Positions 9,101 to 17,586 of a DNA stretch of 51,358 nt are shown in pieces. Positions within the stretch are counted from its first letter, which is position 1; every line of letters starts with the position of its first letter. The stretch is from a virus. Taxonomy: Duplodnaviria > Caudoviricetes. The notes beneath the pieces are model-generated. The model was given only the letters and a program-made list of their open reading frames with translations. It made no database searches and was not told where the DNA came from. The translations under genes were made by a program, and so were the position numbers. The stretch covers positions 1 through 51,358 of the IMG/VR virus record IMGVR_UViG_3300030616_000032. One strand, given 5' to 3'.

Positions 9101-12100
9101 GTTGTGGCATTCTTGATCGCCGCCATCGCCTTTTCGCGTACTCCAGCAGGCAGGTTCTCCCTCGCATAGTCAAACAGTTGCTTCTTCAGCTCCTGCATCT
9201 CGGCCTTTCCTGCCTTCCATGCCTTGTTTTTTGCTATTGCCAGCATCTTGTATAACTGAGTCTTGGTTAGATCAATCTTTTCCCTGCCCTTGAACTGGGC
9301 CGTTTCTTCTTTGGTTACAGCCTTGCCCGGCCTCCTTGCCTCGACGGCCTCCTTGATCTTCTTTATCATAGCGTCTTTGGACAGCCCGGTGAGCCTGAGG
9401 CCCAGCCTCTTGCCGGCCGATCGCAGCTCATCCTGAGAAAGATCGTCTATGTCTTCTTCCTGCATTTCATTCAGCCACTGCGCGAACATCTCGTCGGCTT
9501 CGGCGGTAGTAATTTCGCCTTTGAGCGCGAATTTGGCGCCTGATGACCCTATCCTATGCTCGTCCATTAAAGCATCGTACAGTGCTTGCGCGTCAGTCTT
9601 GGAGCCTATAGTGAAGTCTACTTCTGGGCTCGACTCAAGGTTTTGGGCAATAACATCCCATCCACCGCCGTCTTGGGGAAGTCTCCTCCAAAGGGTGGGC
9701 GCGCTTTCCTTTATCTCCTGAAGGTCGATACCTGCCGCTTCTGCCTGGTTCTTCCCGGGCAAGCCACCGGCTATTTTCTCAAGATAATGCGTTATCGGGT
9801 AGCTGACCTTTCCTATTGGGGATGGCTTTGCCTTGGCTTTTGTGCCGCCAAGCATCTTGTCGAAGAACGCCCTCACATCGTCGTTCAGGCGGACGTTGAT
9901 CGGCAACCCCGTGAGCTTCTTGTAGATATCGGTCAGCCATTCCTTGAATCGGGCGAACACAGCCTGCAGCTTCTTCGTTGGCGCCACGCCCTCGCGCAGG
10001 TACTTCTCAAACGCATTGGCAAACCGCTCTTCGGTCTTGCCCGTCCACTTCGATTCCTTGACACCGGCCCACTGCTCAATGGCCTTCATGTCGGCAGGGT
10101 AATACTGGCTGGCGATTCGGCGCATCATGTGGGCAAATTCGTGAACAAAACTGCTTGCGTCGGCAGCCCTGCCAGCCCGAATAACAGCCTTACCATTTTC
10201 AAGAAACTTGATTCCCGCCCGTTCTCCACGCTTCGTGCCGCGCTTCACTTCTTGGATTAGGCTGTCGTAGGCGTCATCTGCGCTCTCAAAATGACCGTCT
10301 TTGACAAGCCGCTCCACCACAGCGTCGGCAATGGCGATGTTCGCATCTGTCTCTTCGTCGGTATAGTCAAACACGTCTTTGACGTTTTCGCGGAACTGGT
10401 CGCGTGTCATGCGGCTGTATGCCTGCTTTGCGGCTGGCGTGGCCATCTCAAGGAAAATCCGCTTCAGCTTCTCTTGGATTCGGTCAAGCTGCTTTCTGAC
10501 TGTTTCAGCGGAAACGCCAAGCTCTTTTGATAGATCAACCTGAGTTCTGTCGCCCATAATCACGTCAACATAGGGCTGATCTTCCTCTGCTAAGGCATTG
10601 ACGGCCTGACGCATAACATCCCGCTCGTCCTGCTCCATGCCCTCGACTTCGGGAGCTTCAACCTGCTCGGCCTCGGCAATGGGGACTTGCTTCTTGCGCT
10701 CCGCCGCCTGCTTGCTGGTGACGCTCTTCAGGTGCTCTTTAATCCATTTGTTGGCGAACCTCTCGAACGGTCCTTTGTCCGGATTGTATTTTTCGGCTGC
10801 TTTTTGAAGCCCGTCAAACGCGGGACCGGTCAGTTCATCTGGCTTGATTCCGAACTTCTTGCCGTACCGCTTGGCGTATTTGTCCACCAAGCCGATGTTG
10901 GCCGTGACAAGGCTCTGTTGTTCGGCGGAGAGCGGGGCTACTTCTTCTCCGGCACCTTCACGCTCGACAGGAGCTTCCCGTTCTTGTCCCTTATCTCGAA
11001 CGTCCCGCCCCTGAAGTCTATCCCCTCTTTCCGCATCGACATCAACCAGGAACCCAGGGAGTTCTCCCTTGGCCGGTCTAATTTTTTGTTCTGTTGCGAC
11101 ACGTTTTGCCTCCTCCATCTTGTTAGCGGCTTCACCGGTGGTGGCCCCTGTATCATAAACTAAGTGAGCCCCCTGAAAGGTTCTCAGCTCGCCGCTTTTG
11201 TCAATGAACCTGAATGCCATGTTCTTGAGGTCTTTGTTGACCCTATCAAGAACTTCAGTAAAGTCCTTGCCGGACACCTCGTGAGCCATCAGCTCGTCTC
11301 CGCCCCATCGGGCGACATCCAAGCCCTCGGCCTTGAGTACCTCTGCCACGCCTTTTAAGAGAGCGTCTCCGCCTTCGTAGGCCAGACGGTCATTTACCGC
11401 CCCGAGCCCAACTACGTCCATCGCGGCCTTCTGGCCCTTCAAGCCTCCTTCGTTCTCAAGGGCCTGCCATGCGATCCTCGTTGGGAGGCCGGTAACAACG
11501 TCCATCTGAGATTCGTAAACCTGATGAAGAAGCTGATCAATTCGTTCAGCCCTTACATCGTCAGGCAGATTCGCAATCTCAGCAACCAACCCGCCCCGAT
11601 TCTCCGGCGACAAAGCCTCTACCCGAGATCTCAACTCTAAGTCCTGCCGCCTCTCCACCATTATTGTGCCACGCTTTTCCTCAGACGGCAACTCTTTTTC
11701 TGCTTCCTTCCCCTCTAACATCTCAACGGAGTCTATTATGTCTTCATTTACGACCTCTATGTCGCCTGCTGCTTGCGCTGTTATTACTGCGTCATATCCT
11801 TCTGTGTATTTTTCATCATCAACAAAGCCAAGGCCTTCTTCGTCATATTCAACTTCTGCCAACTGGCTTGGTTTTATCTTTACCCTGTATATTCTGATAT
11901 CTGAGTAGTCTGGCTTTTCGTATGGTTCGGTTTGTCTCTTTACGGCATCTTCCGCATAGCCTCTCGCATCTTCAATATCGCTACTAAAAAAAGCACCGCT
12001 CGTTGCGTCTATCCGAAACGCACCCTCTATCATTCTGTCCGTTCCGTGATAAGCGGTTATCGTTCCCTCTTCGTCAACCTCAAAATCATATTTCTTGGCA

Positions 12101-13869
12101 AGGTCTATAGTCTTCTTTTTCTCTTTGGGAATATCCGCAACCCCCTGTTTTTCGGTATCTGCGGCCTCTATCTCTGTCGGGATGGGTAATGGGGCACTTT
12201 CTTCTGTTACCTCGCTCAGAGGCTCTTTTTGGGCCTCCTGTGGGGCTTCTACGGCCTGCTGCTGCGCCGATAGCTCCTGAAGTGCCTTTGCGCGGGACTC
12301 AGCCGTCCTATATTGCTCTGGAAGCGGCCCTTTGGGCAGACCCATTCGTTTCGCAAACTCGCGGCGGGAAACACGCTCTGTAGCGGCACCTGCTGCCGCA
12401 TATCCAGCACCCATCACGCCGAATGAGACCGCTTCTGCCAGAAGTTGCTTGCCTTCTGGGATTATATCCTCATCTGAAACGCCGGTTACATTCCTCAATG
12501 CAGAGCCAAGGCGCTCTTCGCCCATCTCCATAAGCATACCATTCCAGCCAAGCTCATTCAGCCTGTTGGCCCATTTGCCGGTTCTGCCGGGTATCTTCAG
12601 CCATTCGCTCTTCATTGCGCCTACAATCTTTGCGAACTTGGGAGATTTCGATGCGAGTTTCTGAACCGCCTGACCGCCAAGCTTGCCCATCACCTCGCCC
12701 GATTCTTCAGACAGGTATTCGATGAAGGTGTCTCCAACGGCCTTGTAAAGCGCGGAAACAGGAGTCTCCTTGGATTCTTCGATTCTCGCATTATAGGCAT
12801 CGTCGAAGACGGCCTTCGGGTTTGTTCTCTCAAGATAGCCTGCGGCTACCCTCGGAATGCCGACTGTTGCTGTACGTGCCGCTGCGCTTGCAGCCAAACC
12901 AACGCCGCCACGCACGGCCTTAGCAGCCAGCCCCTTGCCCAGCCCGGCAAGCATCTTCTGCGCCCCGGCTTTCGCCCCGCTTGCCAGTCCGCCGGAAGCA
13001 AAGAACTCTGTGACAAACGCAGGCATATCCGTCATAACGTCAACGGCCATGCCGCCCCATGTCTGTCCGCGGGCCTGCCTGTACTGATCGACGATCCACA
13101 GGTTGTGCAGGAATTCCATGTCATCAGCGTATTTCTCTGACAGAATATCCTCTCCAGCCTCTTGTGCATCCTTTATGCGATTCGACCGCTTGCGGATATC
13201 GTACAGCTCGGCAGCCTTCCATCCTACTCCAAACCCGGGAATCTTTTCTGGGATCGACGTACCGGCAAGCGTCTCGCCCATGTCAATCTCGCCCATTTGC
13301 CCCCACAAGTGACGCGGAGGAATGTTGAACGTCTTGCCCGGGAGCTTGATCTTGATCGTCATATCGTCTGGAATCTGCATCGCTGGGTTCTCGCCCATAA
13401 ACACGGATTTCAGATTGCGCGATGTCTCAAGGTCAAACTTATTCGGATCTATCTCGGTCTTTCCGGCCTTTCTCGTTTTGCCGATAGCGGCAGCAGACTT
13501 CCTGATGGCCCCAGTGTCGTTATACAGCATGTCCTTGTAGTCTCGGTAGTCGCGTTCGTCCCATTCGCCCATGTCACGCTTGAACCGGGCCAGCTCCAAA
13601 GGATTCTCGCCACTTGCCGTAGCCGCAAGCATTCGCTTGTAAATGCCGATTCTCCGGTCCATCTCGTCAATAGACTGCTTGTATTGACGGTTGAACGCAT
13701 CCACATCGGTATCGCCCCACTCGCCAAGCTCGGTTTTCATAGAGATCAGTTCGTCAGGGTCTTCGTTTGCGGCAACAATCTCGGTGGCCACTTTAGATAT
13801 GTCGTCGAGCCGCTTCTGGTCAAACGGCTTAGTCGCTGTTTCCTTTTGAGGGGATAGCAATTCGGTCAC
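6151..13869 (-). CDS. Giant polyvalent internal virion/ejection protein (ART + GGDEF + sigma70 + metallopeptidase domains)
   Basis: 2572 aa, at the usual ejection-protein position after tail genes; domain motifs listed separately. Confidence 0.85.
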   Translation of the reverse strand: MTELLSPQKETATKPFDQKRLDDISKVATEIVAANEDPDELISMKTELGEWGDTDVDAFNRQYKQSIDEMDRRIGIYKRMLAATASGENPLELARFKRDMGEWDERDYRDYKDMLYNDTGAIRKSAAAIGKTRKAGKTEIDPNKFDLETSRNLKSVFMGENPAMQIPDDMTIKIKLPGKTFNIPPRHLWGQMGEIDMGETLAGTSIPEKIPGFGVGWKAAELYDIRKRSNRIKDAQEAGEDILSEKYADDMEFLHNLWIVDQYRQARGQTWGGMAVDVMTDMPAFVTEFFASGGLASGAKAGAQKMLAGLGKGLAAKAVRGGVGLAASAAARTATVGIPRVAAGYLERTNPKAVFDDAYNARIEESKETPVSALYKAVGDTFIEYLSEESGEVMGKLGGQAVQKLASKSPKFAKIVGAMKSEWLKIPGRTGKWANRLNELGWNGMLMEMGEERLGSALRNVTGVSDEDIIPEGKQLLAEAVSFGVMGAGYAAAGAATERVSRREFAKRMGLPKGPLPEQYRTAESRAKALQELSAQQQAVEAPQEAQKEPLSEVTEESAPLPIPTEIEAADTEKQGVADIPKEKKKTIDLAKKYDFEVDEEGTITAYHGTDRMIEGAFRIDATSGAFFSSDIEDARGYAEDAVKRQTEPYEKPDYSDIRIYRVKIKPSQLAEVEYDEEGLGFVDDEKYTEGYDAVITAQAAGDIEVVNEDIIDSVEMLEGKEAEKELPSEEKRGTIMVERRQDLELRSRVEALSPENRGGLVAEIANLPDDVRAERIDQLLHQVYESQMDVVTGLPTRIAWQALENEGGLKGQKAAMDVVGLGAVNDRLAYEGGDALLKGVAEVLKAEGLDVARWGGDELMAHEVSGKDFTEVLDRVNKDLKNMAFRFIDKSGELRTFQGAHLVYDTGATTGEAANKMEEAKRVATEQKIRPAKGELPGFLVDVDAERGDRLQGRDVRDKGQEREAPVEREGAGEEVAPLSAEQQSLVTANIGLVDKYAKRYGKKFGIKPDELTGPAFDGLQKAAEKYNPDKGPFERFANKWIKEHLKSVTSKQAAERKKQVPIAEAEQVEAPEVEGMEQDERDVMRQAVNALAEEDQPYVDVIMGDRTQVDLSKELGVSAETVRKQLDRIQEKLKRIFLEMATPAAKQAYSRMTRDQFRENVKDVFDYTDEETDANIAIADAVVERLVKDGHFESADDAYDSLIQEVKRGTKRGERAGIKFLENGKAVIRAGRAADASSFVHEFAHMMRRIASQYYPADMKAIEQWAGVKESKWTGKTEERFANAFEKYLREGVAPTKKLQAVFARFKEWLTDIYKKLTGLPINVRLNDDVRAFFDKMLGGTKAKAKPSPIGKVSYPITHYLEKIAGGLPGKNQAEAAGIDLQEIKESAPTLWRRLPQDGGGWDVIAQNLESSPEVDFTIGSKTDAQALYDALMDEHRIGSSGAKFALKGEITTAEADEMFAQWLNEMQEEDIDDLSQDELRSAGKRLGLRLTGLSKDAMIKKIKEAVEARRPGKAVTKEETAQFKGREKIDLTKTQLYKMLAIAKNKAWKAGKAEMQELKKQLFDYARENLPAGVREKAMAAIKNATTEQGFVKAIERIDVIAAQKEHSDAIAGVKKALDKAKKFSSGGDAFKKMFPHLRDEMTAFVEGIDFKKRAKGLKNVIEYLQTENKEMETPDELARYVEQGAELIGKRNIYDMSVEELQQVADTINYLIQAQKGLAENIHMERLGKRANVKDTIIERVGKPQEDPSGKRVVEKEGPIGKAWNRIGYNIEAFTVRFDKGDNGPVQQFFSDQINNARAKMSRVGKSFWAAYKKRVGDMKIPETWSHLLGGKTATEKFDFANDKNVNLTKGQKLYLYLLGQDAEGLNALLTSGGFVYNDYSARKGDQDIRSRALTEDDLAAIRKSMSDEEMKVANAIQDTMNGEIKNAINEATLERYGFEMARKENYMRIFRYSDEIKKSISDQLMVQQKIDPLENAGFLQERVGSRAKLIIPDVFQVFDNHINESAALSAYLSPMRNMYSILKDPEVRASIQSRFGNDAFRVFEGMMDRLRGSIKKNPDEGIFARLRGNYTISTLSLRPSTWVAQTLSYPSAATEVGEIYLLKALSGKELSSANRKIIDEIVGQSEILSDRWAEMKFDRDLGALSAARDLSPILTGKRALRNKLGYFISRFDQATVERIVLASHLSTEAKGGTLQNAVALAEKAVRRTQPTFDVETRTQLGGSKSELIRYLTMFRSYMDKALVNMNIQYHKKGTIASPEFARAAGYVLMMGALANTARLALYGLIRGKGDDKEPEDYLKDALMNLAGYLPLGGDMFKAVVSDYHDQDAMNAPVFDAVKDATDTFRLLGESIVALVNDEEYSKRTGKHKKGDSKAWAKFEQALNKSFKASRLTGIPIEGATQFLKDVRDVVRNAVGKERADYMMSSEEDRKYLYEKALENAKWNDGPLSYQDRLTPRQVKQYETAKQNHAGRKIKILTDEEPVLDREYRKEWGSKADEKFEERKEAWQKSREKAMEELKGYSKEDMVDAFQKYWTRSKEEGGAGYKRKDAYRSRLRRLRELVKQWPSQ
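9350..9450 (-). other. Rho-N/SAP-like helix-extension-helix module in giant protein
   Basis: LSQDELRSAGKRLGLRLTGLSKDAMIKKI. Confidence 0.45.
9850..10260 (-). other. Zincin-like metallopeptidase domain (approximate bounds)
   Basis: ADASSFVHEFAH (HExxH) and downstream EERFANAFEKYL. Confidence 0.8.
10450..10935 (-). other. Sigma70-like domain, regions 2 and 4 (approximate bounds)
   Basis: LVTANIGLVDKYAKRY...GLQKAAEKYNPDKG.FERFANKWI (r2); TQVDLSKELGVSAETVRKQL..IQEKLK (r4 HTH). Confidence 0.8.
11090..11510 (-). other. GGDEF-like diguanylate cyclase domain (approximate bounds)
   Basis: DVVTGLPTR, MD..GL.AVND.L..EGGDALL, ARWGGDEL, ANKMEEAK. Confidence 0.85.
11720..12070 (-). other. ADP-ribosyltransferase-like domain (approximate bounds)
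   Basis: AYHGT, GAFFSSDIEDARGYA, IYRVKI, GYDAVI. Confidence 0.7.
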
Positions 13870-13871
13870 GT

Positions 13872-15086
13872 CTATATACCCAAGTTTAGAGGTTTTTCGT
13901 TGCGCTTGCCACCCCTTGACAGCTCTTCAAGGTTATCAATGTATCCCTGGATCGTTCTCCTGGCCTTCATGCGTTTCACGTCGTTTTCCGGCCCCGATGG
14001 TATGGCGTCAAACCGAGCAACGGCTTCCCTGATTTTGTTCACGTAGTCAGGGTTAATCTCTCTCCCGGTAGACTCTAGATTCTTGATCATATCCTCTATC
14101 GCTACACTGTATTTTGACGGCTGTTCTGGCGGACCACCTGGAACGCCCTCGCCCATAGGGGGCTGCTCCGGCTCTACCGGTGTTGCCGATACCTCGGGAG
14201 CGGGCTGCTGCTGGCTGGCGCTGGCAAGGTCTTGCTTGATGCTCTCGGTTGCGCCTTGGCCCAGCAGGAAGTCCGCAGTCGTTTCGAGAAAGCCCTTTTT
14301 CGGCGGCTCCCCGGCAGACGGTTGGCCTTGAGCGCCCATTATTCTATCAACAATCTTTTGCGCTTCGTCTATATTCGGCAGGCCCGTGTCCGCGTCTTTC
14401 GTTGCCTCAATCGCCATTTTCCAAGCGGCAGACTCCTTTTTTTCTTGCAGCGCCTGCTTGGCTTCCTGCTGCTTGTTCCACTCCAGTGTTGTTTTGCCGG
14501 GGTCGGGTCTGCCTTGGCTGTCCAGCAATGCCGGAACCTTTTCGCCACCGCCAATATCAACCATCGGTTGATTATCTTCTTTCTCGGCTTCCGCGAACCA
14601 CGGACCGGAAACGTCAGAGTGTTTATCGCTCCAATCCTTCATCGCCTTATTGCGCTGCTGTTCGTTGATTTTCCCCGCTTCATAGGCATCCTCGATCTGT
14701 TTTACTCCGGACTCAAATGTCGAGCGACGCTCTTTCATGCGCTGCTTCTCCGTATCGGTTTTCATCCGATACATTTCCTTCTGGCGCTCTAAAACCTCGT
14801 CGGGCATATCACCTTGAAGTTCCTGCCGCCGCCCCATTCTGTATGACAGGTCTGACTCTTCTATATCTATCGCAGCTCTTCTCTCTTGCTCCTCTCTCGC
14901 AAGCCTTTTCTCTTCGGGTTCTCCATATCGAACTATTTTGCTCTTTGGTTCGTGACGTGATTGAAAGCGTTGCGCCTCGCGCTGCCGGGCCATCGCTTGA
15001 TCGCCGGAGAGAATAGAGGAGAACCCCCCGAAGGAACCGCCGCTTACCGGGGTGAGTCGCTTATCTTTTCCTGATACTATAGGCAT
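13872..15086 (-). CDS. Putative internal virion/ejection protein
   Basis: 404 aa charged helical protein immediately upstream of giant protein. Confidence 0.55.
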   Translation of the reverse strand: MPIVSGKDKRLTPVSGGSFGGFSSILSGDQAMARQREAQRFQSRHEPKSKIVRYGEPEEKRLAREEQERRAAIDIEESDLSYRMGRRQELQGDMPDEVLERQKEMYRMKTDTEKQRMKERRSTFESGVKQIEDAYEAGKINEQQRNKAMKDWSDKHSDVSGPWFAEAEKEDNQPMVDIGGGEKVPALLDSQGRPDPGKTTLEWNKQQEAKQALQEKKESAAWKMAIEATKDADTGLPNIDEAQKIVDRIMGAQGQPSAGEPPKKGFLETTADFLLGQGATESIKQDLASASQQQPAPEVSATPVEPEQPPMGEGVPGGPPEQPSKYSVAIEDMIKNLESTGREINPDYVNKIREAVARFDAIPSGPENDVKRMKARRTIQGYIDNLEELSRGGKRNEKPLNLGI

Positions 15087-15096
15087 GAGTTATCCT

Positions 15097-15909
15097 TTAT
15101 GCGTAAAACAAATCGAGTGCTGCCGCTGCGTAGAATGGCCATGCGTTGTGAAAGGCGTAAGGGGCATTGGTGTTGTACTTGCCAACGGTTGCGCCACCGC
15201 CAGTAACCTGTACGCCGAAAGTGCCATGGATGCCGAAATGCTCCCAGAGGGTAATTCCTTCTGTTGCACACCAAGTCCTGAAAGAGTTGTACGCGGCCCA
15301 ATAGTCGGTAAGGAAAATATGAAAATACGTTCCGTTTACAGCCTCGTTCATGTTTTCAATATGAGCATACGAAGAATGATCGGTGTTGTCATACGGAATC
15401 GGTGGAGCGGTGCTTTTTAGCCTTCCATCGTTCTGAAACAGCACATATATTTCGCTTGGCTTGCTGCCCAGCGTAGCCTTGCCAATGTCGTACCATGACT
15501 GAATCTCTGCGAGAGACAAAGTGCTGGTGATGTTGCCAGCGTGTACGTTAGGAGTGACGGTATGCTCTGCCGTCACGATGTAATCGGGATAGCTGAAGCC
15601 CGCCGGAACGAGCATTGAAGTGCCTGTCGTGTAGAAGTTTCCGCTGGCATTATTGAGAGCGCCGCCACGCTTGAGACCAACCGTGACAACGACGTTGTCG
15701 CTGCCCTGAGCATGGGCAGTAGTCAGAGCGGCATAATTTGCTGCCCAGTTGGCGCTAATGGGGTAGGTGTCTCCAGCGTCTTCCCGCCTTTCTGATGTTC
15801 CGATCATCAACACCAATACGCCTCCTTGGCCCTGTTTGCTCAGAGCCCCCATCGGAGAACGATAAAAGGCACCCAAAGGAGTGCGCCCCGGTGTATCATC
15901 GATAGCCAT
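15097..15909 (-). CDS. Putative tail-associated protein
   Basis: 270 aa ORF in structural operon, coupled to neighbour. Confidence 0.5.
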   Translation of the reverse strand: MAIDDTPGRTPLGAFYRSPMGALSKQGQGGVLVLMIGTSERREDAGDTYPISANWAANYAALTTAHAQGSDNVVVTVGLKRGGALNNASGNFYTTGTSMLVPAGFSYPDYIVTAEHTVTPNVHAGNITSTLSLAEIQSWYDIGKATLGSKPSEIYVLFQNDGRLKSTAPPIPYDNTDHSSYAHIENMNEAVNGTYFHIFLTDYWAAYNSFRTWCATEGITLWEHFGIHGTFGVQVTGGGATVGKYNTNAPYAFHNAWPFYAAAALDLFYA

Positions 15910-16433
15910 TATGACTCAACCGCCCAAGACCGGCAACTGTTGATCTCCTGCCAGTACGTCTCTGGCCCGGCTATCTGAATCACATCCTGAAAGTTTATGG
16001 CAGTAATAAGATCACCGGCCACATAGTCAGGCGTCACCAGCCATGTCTCGTCAGATTCCGACCCCACCGCATCCTCGACAAGCATCTCGTTCACGTCTTG
16101 CTGGGTAAAGTCCTTGCCGTCATATGTCGCTGCCGTGTAGTAGCTGATCCTCAAGGTCGGCGGCTTGGCAACATACACCTTCTCGGTTTGAAATGAACAC
16201 AGCAGGTAATCGGCATATTCTGTCACCAGAACAAACTGGGCAACCATCGTCTTGCCCTTGAATCCGTCCTGAGTGAAGTTCCATCCATCACCACCACCGG
16301 ATACGTTCATCGGATCTCCGGGGTAATTCGGCATCTGGTCAAGCTGGAGTCCGCCCTGCATGTCTATTGCCGCGCCACGCGCAGCCCCAAGGTCAAGTAT
16401 TCCCTTATTCTTGTTTGCCCCGCCTCGTATCAT
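15909..16433 (-). CDS. Hypothetical virion protein
   Basis: 174 aa ORF in structural operon. Confidence 0.55.
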   Translation of the reverse strand: MIRGGANKNKGILDLGAARGAAIDMQGGLQLDQMPNYPGDPMNVSGGGDGWNFTQDGFKGKTMVAQFVLVTEYADYLLCSFQTEKVYVAKPPTLRISYYTAATYDGKDFTQQDVNEMLVEDAVGSESDETWLVTPDYVAGDLITAINFQDVIQIAGPETYWQEINSCRSWAVES

Positions 16434-17336
16434 TTATGTCCATCCCTGTGACTTCTGCGAGACAGCGACGTTCAGCAGCGCATTCAACGGCTCAAGGAAG
16501 CTCGGATAGTCATCGGTCCTGCTCTCGGCAAACCGCGTGACCACTTCGACAACCTTGTTGCGGACCTCCGTGCGGTAGCTGCCCTGCTTGTGCAGAATGT
16601 CGATCAGCCTGTTCCGGGCTTCGAGGAACTTCATGCGGATATCAACCTGCTTGTCGTACAGCCGCTCCTTGAGTTCAAGCTGCCGCTGCGTGATCTTGTC
16701 CTCAAGCTCAGAATCAGCATTGGCCATGCCCGTTGTGTTGCCGGTCGTGATAGAGTTCAGGGTAGTCGAGTTATACATTCCCCGGTCAATCAACTGCTGC
16801 GTCTGTGCCGCAAGGTCTGCTTCAAACGCATCGTCTATCCGTGTGCGCTCTGAGTCGGCCCAGTCATCGAGAGACCCGCTTACGTCTGTGTTGTGCGTCG
16901 TGTACTCTGTTGACAGGTTCGTAATGACCGCATCAACCAAAGCCTCAAAGGTGTCCTCGTCGTCCTCTATGGAATTCAGTTCGTCCTCGGTCTTGTCAAC
17001 GACCACGGCCAGCAAGGCAATGATTTCATCGTACCGATCATCGTTGATCGTCCGACCTGCATTGTATGCGTCTGTGAACTCATTTATGAGAACCTGAAGC
17101 ACGGCCCCCTCGTCAAACATGACCTTCGCAAGATAGGCATAGTCAGTAATCGCCGTTGGGTCCGTCAAGTACCATGATATGGGCGACCATCCCCTTGCAA
17201 TCAGCCAGTTCAACAGCTGCGGCGATGGCGCTATAAAATACAGGTATTGACTTGTTTGACAATCGGCCTGATTTACCGGCGATTCGTCGTCGATAGTCAA
17301 ATCGCTGATATAGTCATCAATCGCTATTTTGTCCAT
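16434..17336 (-). CDS. Hypothetical acidic coiled-coil virion protein
   Basis: 300 aa ORF with RBS GAGG. Confidence 0.55.
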   Translation of the reverse strand: MDKIAIDDYISDLTIDDESPVNQADCQTSQYLYFIAPSPQLLNWLIARGWSPISWYLTDPTAITDYAYLAKVMFDEGAVLQVLINEFTDAYNAGRTINDDRYDEIIALLAVVVDKTEDELNSIEDDEDTFEALVDAVITNLSTEYTTHNTDVSGSLDDWADSERTRIDDAFEADLAAQTQQLIDRGMYNSTTLNSITTGNTTGMANADSELEDKITQRQLELKERLYDKQVDIRMKFLEARNRLIDILHKQGSYRTEVRNKVVEVVTRFAESRTDDYPSFLEPLNALLNVAVSQKSQGWT

Positions 17337-17581
17337 CTCTCACCCCTCATGTTTGGCATCGCCCTTACAGTGACGCCCATCTCTTCCAACTCCTCTTTCG
17401 AGAACTGGCTCATTGCGCCACCGTGGAGCACATTGATCCTATAATGCCCGGGCTTGTCTTTGTGGTGCCGATGCGTTTCCTCTATGATCCTCCTCAGGTG
17501 ATTCTTGATCTGCGCTTTTGTCGGATTGCTACCATTAGGCACCAAGCAATTTCTTGTCACCATCTTTTTCTGTTCCATCAT
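17324..17581 (-). CDS. Hypothetical protein (85 aa)
   Basis: RBS AAGGA, fills gap in operon. Confidence 0.55.
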   Translation of the reverse strand: MMEQKKMVTRNCLVPNGSNPTKAQIKNHLRRIIEETHRHHKDKPGHYRINVLHGGAMSQFSKEELEEMGVTVRAMPNMRGERWTK

Positions 17582-17586
17582 GTTCC

